Origin: Vicinamibacteria bacterium
GTDB lineage: Bacteria; Acidobacteriota; Vicinamibacteria; Fen-336
NCBI GenBank assembly: GCA_036556645.1
Contig: DATBIZ010000404.1
Location: forward strand, 1 to 31,777
Direction of reading: 5' to 3'
DNA: 31,777 bases
The position numbers and the translations under genes were made by a program. Below, piece after piece: positions 18,228 to 26,074 of this stretch (positions are counted from its first letter, which is position 1; each line of letters opens with the position of its first letter). Under the pieces are notes generated by a model that was given only the letters and a program-made list of their open reading frames with translations, was not told the DNA's origin and did no database searches.

Positions 18228-20353
18228 GCCGCGCGCCGGCCGCTGCGCTGGCCCTCGCCCTGGCCGCGGCGGGCGCGCCGGCGGGACCGCCCGGGCCGTC
18301 CGGGTTCACGGCCGAGGCGGCCGCCCGCGAGCAGGCGGCGGAGGCGCGGCTGTTCGCGCTGGCCGAGCCGGAGCGCTGCGAGGCGCACCATCGCGAGCTG
18401 ACGCGCGCGCCGCACGTGGCCGGCACCGAAGGCGCGGAGCGCGTGGGGCGATACGTCGCGGACCGGTTCCGCGAGTACGGCCTCGAGACCGAGGTCGTGA
18501 CCTACGACGTGCTGCTGGCCTCGCCGCGCTCGATCGTGGTGGAGCTGCTCGCCCCCACGCACGCCCGCCTGGCCACGCGCGAGGACCCCCTGCCGGAGGA
18601 CCCGCAGACCGCCGACCCGTCCGCGAGCGGGCCCTGGCACGCCTACGCGAAGAGCGGCGACGTGACCGCGGACGTCGTCTACGTGAACTACGGGCGCGCC
18701 GAGGACTACGACACGCTCCGCCGGCTGGGGGTGGACGTGCGCGGGCGCATCGTGCTGGCGCGGCACTTCAAGGGCTACCGCGGCGGCAAGAGCCTGGAGG
18801 CGGAGAAGCGGGGCGCGGCCGCGCTCGTGACCTACTCCGATCCCGCCGAGGACGGATACGTCCAGGGCGACGTCTACCCCCGCGGGCCCTGGGGTCCCGA
18901 CAGCCACGTGCAGCGCGGCGGCAACGTCTACGACTTCCTCGTGCCCGGCGACCCGCTGACGCCGGGATGGGCGTCCGTGGACGGCGCGCGGCGCATCCCC
19001 GAGGCCGAGTCCGCGATCCTGCCCAGGATCCCCTCCGTGCCCCTCTCGTTCCGCGACGCGCGCCCGGTGCTCGAGGCGCTGGGCGGTCCCGTCCGCCCGA
19101 GCCTGGACTGGCAGGGCGGCGGACCGTTCACGTACCACGTGGGGCCGGGACCGGCGCGCCTGCGCGTCAACGTGGACGTGCCGCGCGAGGTGCGGCCGAT
19201 CCGCAACGTGATCGGCCGCCTCCGCGGCTCCGACCCCGATCCGCGCGTGGCCGAGCAGGTCGTGCTGCTCTCGAACCACCACGACGCCTGGACGTTCGGC
19301 GGGGTGGACCCCTCGTCGGGGACCGCGACCACGCTCGAGCTGGCGCGCGTGCTCGGGCAGCTCGCGCGCGAGGGGCACCGCCCGCGGCGCACCCTCCTGT
19401 TCGGCGTCTGGGACGCCGAGGAGTTCACGCTCACGGGCTCCACCGAGTGGGGCGAGGAGCACCGCGACCTCCTCGCGCGCACCGCCGTCGCCTGCCTGAA
19501 CGTGGACGCCGCCGCCTCCGGCGACCGGCTCTCCGTGAGCGCGGTGCCGTCGCTGCGGCCGTTCCTGTACGAGGCGGCGCGCGCGGTGGCCGACCCGAAG
19601 GGACGCGGCAGCGTGTACGACGTCTGGAAGGCGGGCGCGGGCGAAAACGTCCGGGGCTACGGCGTGCTCGCCGGCGCGCGCACGGAGGACCCGCCGGTGG
19701 CCATCCTGGGCAGCGGCAGCGACTACACCGTGTTCTTCAACCACGTCGGCGTGCCGTCGGTGGACATGGTCTTCGACGGCCCCTACGGGGTGTACCACTC
19801 GATCTACGACACGCACGAGTGGATGCGGCGGCACGGGGATCCCGGCTTCCGGTACCACGCGGCGATGGCGCGGCTGTGGGGCGTGATGGCGCTCCGGCTC
19901 GCGAACGCGGACGTGCTCCCGTTCGACTACGGCGTCTACGGCCGCGACCTGCTGGCCTACCTCGACGACGTCGAGGCCGTGGCGCGGGAGAAGGGCGTCG
20001 CCCTCGACGTCGCGCCCGCGCGCGCCGCGGCGCGGGATCTGGCCGCGCTGACCGCGCCGGCCCGGGACGCGCCGGCCCGGGACGCGGCGGCCGGCCGGCG
20101 TGCGGCGATCAACCGCGGCTTGATGGCCGCGGAGCGGGCGCTGCTCTCTCCTGGCGGCATTCCCGGCCGCCCGTGGTTCCGGCACCTCGTGTACGCGCCG
20201 CTGCCGACCTACCAGGCCGAGACGCTGCCCGGGGTGCGCGAGGCGGTCCTGGCCGGCGACGCCGCGGTCGCGCGCGGGCAGCTCGAGGTGCTGGCCGCCG
20301 CGATCCGCCGCGCCGCCGCGCTGGCCTCCGGCCGGGAGGCGGTTGGCCCCTAG
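18224..20353 (+). CDS. M28 metallopeptidase, glutamate carboxypeptidase II/PSMA-like (PA and TfR-dimer domains), exported
   Basis: GTG 18224 overlaps the permease stop (GTGA). Signal-like N-terminus; Zn/catalytic motifs NHHDAW, DPSSG, DAEE, LNVD, GSGSDY, YHSIYD; RPWFRHL.YAP. Confidence 0.9.
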   Translation: MSRAPAAALALALAAAGAPAGPPGPSGFTAEAAAREQAAEARLFALAEPERCEAHHRELTRAPHVAGTEGAERVGRYVADRFREYGLETEVVTYDVLLASPRSIVVELLAPTHARLATREDPLPEDPQTADPSASGPWHAYAKSGDVTADVVYVNYGRAEDYDTLRRLGVDVRGRIVLARHFKGYRGGKSLEAEKRGAAALVTYSDPAEDGYVQGDVYPRGPWGPDSHVQRGGNVYDFLVPGDPLTPGWASVDGARRIPEAESAILPRIPSVPLSFRDARPVLEALGGPVRPSLDWQGGGPFTYHVGPGPARLRVNVDVPREVRPIRNVIGRLRGSDPDPRVAEQVVLLSNHHDAWTFGGVDPSSGTATTLELARVLGQLAREGHRPRRTLLFGVWDAEEFTLTGSTEWGEEHRDLLARTAVACLNVDAAASGDRLSVSAVPSLRPFLYEAARAVADPKGRGSVYDVWKAGAGENVRGYGVLAGARTEDPPVAILGSGSDYTVFFNHVGVPSVDMVFDGPYGVYHSIYDTHEWMRRHGDPGFRYHAAMARLWGVMALRLANADVLPFDYGVYGRDLLAYLDDVEAVAREKGVALDVAPARAAARDLAALTAPARDAPARDAAAGRRAAINRGLMAAERALLSPGGIPGRPWFRHLVYAPLPTYQAETLPGVREAVLAGDAAVARGQLEVLAAAIRRAAALASGREAVGP
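20053..20086 (+). repeat. 15-bp tandem duplication (CGCGCCGGCCCGGGA, about 2.3 copies) inside the M28 gene
   Basis: Encodes APARD-APARD-A, in frame. Confidence 0.8.
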
Positions 20354-21170
20354 GGGCGGCGCCCGCGCGCGCTCGGTCCTCCGCACGCGCCTGTGGTCGA
20401 CCGCCTCCACCCTGCTCGCACGCGACACGATGGTCGTGACGAACGCGATCGCGTTCAACTTCCTGCTGTGCCTGTTCCCGCTGCTGCTGGTCGTGCTCGC
20501 TCTCGCCCTGCAGCTTCCCGGCGGCCGCCGGGTCACCGCCGCGGTGCTGCTCGTGCTCGGCGAGCTGATCCCGTTCGAGCGCGAGTCGCTGGCGCGCTCG
20601 CTGCAGACGCTGAGCCGCCTGGCGCGCAGCGTCGAGGCGGTGTCCCTGCTGCTGATCGTGTGGGGCTCCTCCGGCATCTTCATGCCGGTGGAGATGGCGC
20701 TGGGCCGGGCGTGGGGCACGCGGCCGCGGACCTTCCTGAAGAGCCGCCTGCTCGCCTTCGCCATGACCGTGGCCGGCGGCCTGCTCGCCTTCCTCTCGGT
20801 GGCGTTCACGCTGGCCGCGCGCAGCTACCAGCGCGAGTGGCCGCTGATCGCGGAGTACGGCGCGCGCGCCAGCGCGATGTCCATGACCTACCTGCTGTTC
20901 TACATGGTCTATCGGCTCATCCCGTCGCCGCCGGTGGGGGCGCGGGTCGCGCTGAAGGCCGCGCTGTGGGCGGGCACGGCGTGGGAGATCACGAAGTACC
21001 TCTTCGTGGCCAACCTGGCCCGCACCAACCTGCGCGCGCTCTACGGGCCCCTGGCCTTCTCGGTCGCGCTGGTCCTGTGGGCCTACGTGTCGAGCCTGGT
21101 GCTGGTCTTCGGCGCGTTGATGGTCCCCGCCCCGCCCGCGCGGGCGCCGCGGGAGAGGCGGAAGAGCTGA
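20343..21170 (+). CDS. YihY/BrkB-family (virulence factor BrkB) membrane protein
   Basis: AIAFNFLLCLFP, IVWGSSGIF, AWEITKYLF, LYGPLAFSVALVLWAYVSS..LVFGA. Start uncertain (TTG 20343 with GGGAGG, or later). Confidence 0.8.
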   Translation: MAPRGGARARSVLRTRLWSTASTLLARDTMVVTNAIAFNFLLCLFPLLLVVLALALQLPGGRRVTAAVLLVLGELIPFERESLARSLQTLSRLARSVEAVSLLLIVWGSSGIFMPVEMALGRAWGTRPRTFLKSRLLAFAMTVAGGLLAFLSVAFTLAARSYQREWPLIAEYGARASAMSMTYLLFYMVYRLIPSPPVGARVALKAALWAGTAWEITKYLFVANLARTNLRALYGPLAFSVALVLWAYVSSLVLVFGALMVPAPPARAPRERRKS

Positions 21171-21185
21171 CGAACGGTCGCTCCG

Positions 21186-22106
21186 CTAACTTCCGGCCTT
21201 GTACTTCTCGACCAGCGCCTGGTAGCCCTGCGGCTGGTCCGGGTGGCGGTACTGGTACAGCGCGGCGAGCGCCTGCTCGACCTTGTTGCGCGTCTCCGAC
21301 GGGTTGGCGGCGGTGACGGCCAGGAAGCGCGCCCAGCACTGGATCGCGGCGTCCGCCTCCTTGTTGGCCAGGTCCACCGCCGCGGTGGCGTCCGCGGACG
21401 GCGGGTCGGACGTCCGCGCGGCCTCGGGCAGCGCCTGGTACCTGGCCACCGCGTCGTCGTACTTCGACTTGTGCAGCGTGCCGCAGCCGAGCGTGTTGCG
21501 GGCGTTGATCGCCACGTCCCTGGGCGCGAGCGCCGACGACTTCTCGTAGTGCTGCAGCGCCTCGTCCGCCCTGTCCTGCCTGGCGGCCACCAGCGCGAGG
21601 TTCTGGTGGAGCACGGCCAGCACCGCGTCCTTGTTCCACTTGGCGGCGTCCACGCCGACCGGCACCGCGCCCGCCTCGATGCGCTCGATCGCGGTGCGGC
21701 TGAACTCGGCCGCCGCGGCCGCGTTGGCGTCGCCCCCGCCGAGCAGCTCGTTCTGGCGCAGGTTCACCGCCATCCAGTACAGGTAGTTGATGTCGGCCGG
21801 GTCCTGGGCGAGCGCCTCGCGGCCGATGGTCACCATCCCGGCCATGTCCTTCTTCTTTATGGCCTCGTTGAACCGCGCCCAGCGCGCCCCGCCGAGCCAC
21901 TTGGTCAGCGCCTCGGCGTATTGGCCCTTGGGGAACTTCTCCAGATAGGCGCGCGCCAGCTCGGTGGCCTTCGCGGCGTCGCCGGCGGTCTGCGCCGCGT
22001 GGAACGCGGTGTACGCGGTGACCTCCTCGATGTTCGCCTCTTGCTGCGCCCACAGCGGACCGGCCGCGAGCCACGCCGCGGCCAGCATCAGGATCGTCGT
22101 TCTCAT
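21186..22106 (-). CDS. Exported alpha-helical (TPR-like) hypothetical protein
   Basis: 306 aa from ATG 22106 with GAGAGG RBS. Signal peptide MRTTILMLAAAWLAAGPLWA; TPR-like segments (AYLEKFPKGQYA, ALQHYEKSSALAP). Confidence 0.8.
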   Translation of the reverse strand: MRTTILMLAAAWLAAGPLWAQQEANIEEVTAYTAFHAAQTAGDAAKATELARAYLEKFPKGQYAEALTKWLGGARWARFNEAIKKKDMAGMVTIGREALAQDPADINYLYWMAVNLRQNELLGGGDANAAAAAEFSRTAIERIEAGAVPVGVDAAKWNKDAVLAVLHQNLALVAARQDRADEALQHYEKSSALAPRDVAINARNTLGCGTLHKSKYDDAVARYQALPEAARTSDPPSADATAAVDLANKEADAAIQCWARFLAVTAANPSETRNKVEQALAALYQYRHPDQPQGYQALVEKYKAGS

Positions 22107-22165
22107 CAGGTGGACCTCTCGATGGTTGGAACATGGCCCGTCGCCGGCCGCGGGCCCTCGGTTGG

Positions 22166-22241
22166 ATCGTAGCAAATCCCGCGTGCCTGCCGCTGCGGCG
22201 GGCCACGAGCGCGCCGGTGGGCAGGCCAGCTGCGATAGGAT
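22166..22241. promoter_or_regulatory. Divergent -10 elements for the TPR-like gene (-) and the PDZ/antiporter operon (+)
   Basis: Minus TGcTACGAT (22174-22166). Plus TAGGAT (22236-22241), followed by GAGGAG RBS before ATG 22281. Confidence 0.5.
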
Positions 22242-22280
22242 CGCGCGTCGCGCACCCCGCGGGCCGACGACGAGGAGAGC

Positions 22281-23594
22281 ATGGAACCGACGAGCCCTCC
22301 GGGACCGGCGCGTCCCGGGCGCGAGACACGGCTGCTGGCCCTCACCGTCGTGGTGTCGGCGCTGGTCCTGCTCGCGCTCTCGCGGTTCCGTTTCCCCGAA
22401 GGCTCCCCGCGCGTCGCGCCAACCCCGCCGGCCGCGCTCGCGCTGGAACAGCTCGCCGCCCGCGCGACCTACGACGAGCTGGCGGCGATCGTGGCGCAGT
22501 TGCAGGCGCAGCTCGCTCGCAGCGTGGTGGCCCTGCCGGTCGAAGACGGGGCCGCCGCCGCGGCGCAGCAGATGCCGGCGCGTCCCGGCTTCGTGCCGGG
22601 ACTGCGCGTCGCCGCCGATCGCGCGCTGGCGCTCCTTCCGCGGGGCGCGCGCCTGCAGGGGCCGGCCGCCGCCGCCGCCGTGATCGATACCGTGCACCGC
22701 CTCGCCGTGCTGCCGGTAGCGGCGGACGCCGAGGCGCTGAGGTGGGGCGGCGAGGCGGGCGACCCGGCGCTGGGTCCGCGCTACGTGATCGCGGTCGAGG
22801 GGGGACGGGCGGGAGCGGCGTTCCGGCCGGTCTTCCTCCCCCGCGCCGACGCCGCGCACGACCCGCACTGGGGCGGCGAGGTGCTGGTGCTCGGCGGAGC
22901 GGTGCAGGTGCAGCCCGGGGCGCTGCTCTTCACGCTGCGCGGCCGGTTCCTCGGCCTCGCCATCGCCGATCACGGCTACCCCGCGATCGTGCCGACCGAG
23001 ACGCTCATGCGGGCGTCGGCGGCCCTCCTGGCCGGGCAGGCGCCGGCTCCCGTGGACCTCGGCATCGAGGTGCAGCCCCTCGACGACGCGCTCGCGCGGG
23101 CGGCCAACGTCCGCCGCGGACTGCTCGTCACCGCCGTGCATCCGAATGGCCCGGCGGCGGGCCGCTTGCAGTTCTCCGACGTGATCCAGGCGTCGGACGG
23201 CCAGCCCGTGGATTCCGAGGAGGCGCTCCTCGCCGCGGCGCGGCGTGCGCGTCCGGACCAGCCGCTTCGGTTGACCGTCGCGCGGCGGGGCGACACGCGC
23301 GAGGTCGCGCTGCTGCCGGTGCGCGGCCCGGTGCCCTCGACGCCGGGGGAGCCGGGCCTCGAGTTGCGCGCGCTCGCGAGCGGTGGGGCCGAAGTGGTGC
23401 GGGTGTTCCCCTCGAGCCCGGCGGCGCGCGCGGGACTGCGGCCCGGGGACGTCGTCGTGCATGCGGGCGACCAGCGGACGGCCACGCCCTCCCAGATCCG
23501 GCGCGCGTTCGCGGAGGCCCCCGCGGGAGGAGCGATCCTGTTAGCGATCGACCGCGGCGGCACGTGGATCGCGCTCGCGCTGGTGAAGGAATGA
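22281..23594 (+). CDS. Membrane-anchored HtrA/DegP-like protein with a degenerate protease domain and two PDZ domains
   Basis: 437 aa. N-terminal TM helix, trypsin-like segment lacking GNSGG, two PDZ-like domains (LLVTAVHPNGPAAG; VVRVFPSSPAARAGLRPGDVV). Confidence 0.75.
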   Translation: MEPTSPPGPARPGRETRLLALTVVVSALVLLALSRFRFPEGSPRVAPTPPAALALEQLAARATYDELAAIVAQLQAQLARSVVALPVEDGAAAAAQQMPARPGFVPGLRVAADRALALLPRGARLQGPAAAAAVIDTVHRLAVLPVAADAEALRWGGEAGDPALGPRYVIAVEGGRAGAAFRPVFLPRADAAHDPHWGGEVLVLGGAVQVQPGALLFTLRGRFLGLAIADHGYPAIVPTETLMRASAALLAGQAPAPVDLGIEVQPLDDALARAANVRRGLLVTAVHPNGPAAGRLQFSDVIQASDGQPVDSEEALLAAARRARPDQPLRLTVARRGDTREVALLPVRGPVPSTPGEPGLELRALASGGAEVVRVFPSSPAARAGLRPGDVVVHAGDQRTATPSQIRRAFAEAPAGGAILLAIDRGGTWIALALVKE

Positions 23595-24757
23595 GGCGCT
23601 ACGACTCGAGCGAGGTCGGCGGCCCCGACATCCTCGACGTCGAGGTCGCCGCCTCGCCGCGCGCCGGCGCCCTGGCCCGCCTCCGGACGCGGGCGGCGCT
23701 GGGCCTGGAGCCGGCGCTCGCGCCCGCGGTCGTGTTCGTGCCGCTGGGCGTGCTGCTCGGCCCCCTGGTGCTCGGCATCGTGTCCGAGGAGGTGCTCGCG
23801 CACCTCGATACGGTGGTCTCGATCGCGCTGGCCGCGCTCGGCGTGTTCGTGGGCGTCGCGGTGGACCTGCGCGACCGCACCAGCCGGCGCACGCTCGTCG
23901 CCGCCAGCGTGGAGGCGCTGGTCACGATCGCGGTCGTGCTGGGGGCGGCGCTGATCCTCTTCGCGGCGTGGGGCCTTCGCCTGGACGCGAATCCCTGGTC
24001 GGTGGCGCTGATCCTCGGGATCTCCGCCTCCGCTTCGTCCGCCGGCGCCGTGGACGACGGGGCCGCCGGCGCGGACCGCGCGGCGGCCGCCATCGCGAAC
24101 CTCGACGACGTGCTGCCGCTGCTGCTGGGCGGCGTGGCCCTGGCCTGGGGCGCCGGCCAGCCGCCGCTCTGGGCCGTGGTGAGCGCGGTTCACACCGTGC
24201 TGCTCGGCGCGGGGGTGGCGGCCGCGGGCTGGCTGCTGTTCGAGCGTGCGCACGGCGCCGCGGAGCGCGCGGTGTTCGTGGTCGGCACCGTGGTGCTGCT
24301 CGGCGGCGTGGCCGCCTACCTTGCACTGTCCCCGATGCTGGCCGGGCTGGCGGCCGGGGTGTTCTGGACGTCCGCGCCCGGCCGCGCGGAGAAGGTCATC
24401 CGGGACGACCTGGGCAAGATCCAGCACGCGCTGGTCGTGCTGCTGCTGGTCACGGCGGGCGCGAGCCTGGTGTGGACCCCGATCGCGCTGTGGCTGTTCG
24501 CGCCGTTCGTGGTCTTCCGGCTGGCTGGAAAGCTGATCGGAGGATCGCTGGCGGCCTGGCTCGTCCCGCACGTGGCCCCGGCCGATCTGGGCTCGCACCT
24601 GATCGCCCCCGGCGTCCTCGGCCTGGCGTTCGCGTTGAACTTCCAGCAGGTCGCCCCCTCCGCCACCGCGGCCGCCGTGCTGGCCGCGGCGACCGCCGGC
24701 TCGCTCGCCTGCGAGGTGCTCGGCGTCTGGGCCCGGCCGCGCCCGGCCCGCGGCTGA
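23591..24757 (+). CDS. Cation:proton antiporter (CPA2-like), subunit A
   Basis: 388 aa from ATG 23591 (ATGA overlap). Many TM helices, SASASS and NLDDV motifs, FRLAGK. Confidence 0.75.
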   Translation: MRRYDSSEVGGPDILDVEVAASPRAGALARLRTRAALGLEPALAPAVVFVPLGVLLGPLVLGIVSEEVLAHLDTVVSIALAALGVFVGVAVDLRDRTSRRTLVAASVEALVTIAVVLGAALILFAAWGLRLDANPWSVALILGISASASSAGAVDDGAAGADRAAAAIANLDDVLPLLLGGVALAWGAGQPPLWAVVSAVHTVLLGAGVAAAGWLLFERAHGAAERAVFVVGTVVLLGGVAAYLALSPMLAGLAAGVFWTSAPGRAEKVIRDDLGKIQHALVVLLLVTAGASLVWTPIALWLFAPFVVFRLAGKLIGGSLAAWLVPHVAPADLGSHLIAPGVLGLAFALNFQQVAPSATAAAVLAAATAGSLACEVLGVWARPRPARG

Positions 24758-26067
24758 TGGGCCGCGCCGCCGCCGTCGCGCTGGTCTTCCTGGTGATGGT
24801 GTGGGTCCGCCGCGCGGCTCCGGAGGGCGCGGAGACGCGCGGCGCCGCCCTCGCGCTCGGCTTCGCGCTGATCGCGGCGGCGGTGACCGGCGCGCTGTTC
24901 GAGCGCGCGCGGCTGCCGCGCATCAGCGGCTACCTGCTGTTCGGGCTCGCCTGCGGCCCCTACGTGGCGGACCTCATCTCGCGGCCGATGGCGCGGTCGC
25001 TGCAGCTCGTGAACGGTTTGGCCATCGCCTTGATCGCGTTCGTGGCCGGGCTGGAGATGAACCTGCTGCGCCTGCGCCCGCAGTGGCGGGCCATCCTGCG
25101 GCTGGGGGGCGTCACCCTCGCCTTCGTGTACGCGGTGATCTTCGCGGTGCTGTGGGCGGCGTGGCCGCTGCTGCCCATCTGGCCGGAGGCCACCGGCCTG
25201 CCGCGACTGGCCGTGTCCGCCCTGGCCACGACCGTGGTCGTGAGCTTCTCGCCGACGGTCACGATCGCGGTGATCGCGGAGAGCCGCGCGCGCGGGCGCC
25301 TCACCTCGCTGGTGCTGGCGCTGGTGGTGATCACGGACCTGGCCTTGATCCTGTTGTTCACCCTGGCCATGCAGTTCGCGCGGTGGGCCCTGGGGGGAAC
25401 CGCGGCCGAGGAGGTCGCTCTCGGGGCGCGCCTGGCCTGGGAGATCCTCGGCTCGTTCGCGTTCGGCGCCATCGTGGGCGCGGCCTTCGCGGTGTACCTG
25501 CGCCTGGTCGGCCGCGAGCTGACCGTGGTGCTGCTCGCGGTGTGCGGGCTGCTGAGCGTGCTCGGCGACCGCCTGCACTTCGAGCCGCTGCTGGCCGCGC
25601 TGGCCGCCGGGCTCGTGGTCGAGAACGTCGCCCCGCCGAGCGGGGATGCGCTCAAGGACGCGGTGGAGCGCGGCGCGCTGCCCGTCCTGATCCTGTTCTT
25701 CGCGGCGGCCGGCGCCTCCATGCACGTGGACGCGCTGGCCACGGTCGGTCTGGTCGCGCTCGCCGTCTCCGCGGTGCGGATGGCCGCGGTGCGGGCGGGC
25801 GTGGCACTGGGCAGCCGGGCGGCCGGCCTCTCCCCGCCGTTGAGCCGCCTGGTCTGGATGGGGCTGGTCTCGCAGGCCGGGGTGACGCTCGGGCTCACGA
25901 TCCTGGTGGCGGCGGAGTTCGCGGACTGGGGCGCCACGCTGCAGACGCTGATGGTCGCGCTGATCGCGCTGCACGAGCTGATCGGACCGATCCTGTTCCG
26001 CACCGCGCTCGCGCGCGCGGGCGAGATCGGACGGATGGACGCGCCGGAGGAGGCCGCGCCGGCCTAG
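24757..26067 (+). CDS. Cation:proton antiporter (CPA2-like), subunit B
   Basis: 436 aa from ATG 24757 (TGATG overlap). LPRISGYLLFG...GP, AFVAGLE, SFSPTV, ITDL, SQAGVTLGL, HELIGP...ALARAGE. Confidence 0.85.
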   Translation: MGRAAAVALVFLVMVWVRRAAPEGAETRGAALALGFALIAAAVTGALFERARLPRISGYLLFGLACGPYVADLISRPMARSLQLVNGLAIALIAFVAGLEMNLLRLRPQWRAILRLGGVTLAFVYAVIFAVLWAAWPLLPIWPEATGLPRLAVSALATTVVVSFSPTVTIAVIAESRARGRLTSLVLALVVITDLALILLFTLAMQFARWALGGTAAEEVALGARLAWEILGSFAFGAIVGAAFAVYLRLVGRELTVVLLAVCGLLSVLGDRLHFEPLLAALAAGLVVENVAPPSGDALKDAVERGALPVLILFFAAAGASMHVDALATVGLVALAVSAVRMAAVRAGVALGSRAAGLSPPLSRLVWMGLVSQAGVTLGLTILVAAEFADWGATLQTLMVALIALHELIGPILFRTALARAGEIGRMDAPEEAAPA

Positions 26068-26074
26068 CCTAACC

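Noticed and set aside
16898-20353. 1151-aa plus-strand ORF suggesting a giant peptidase fusion
   Set aside because: The N-terminal part is an off-frame, Arg/Gly/Pro-rich reading of the permease. The real M28 starts at GTG 18224.
21186-24757. Long ORFs 21186-23462 (-), 22133-24757 (+) and 23968-26067 (+)
   Set aside because: Upstream parts are low-complexity shadow frames. Starts were reassigned to 22106, 23591 and 24757 using RBS, signal peptide and stop/start overlaps.
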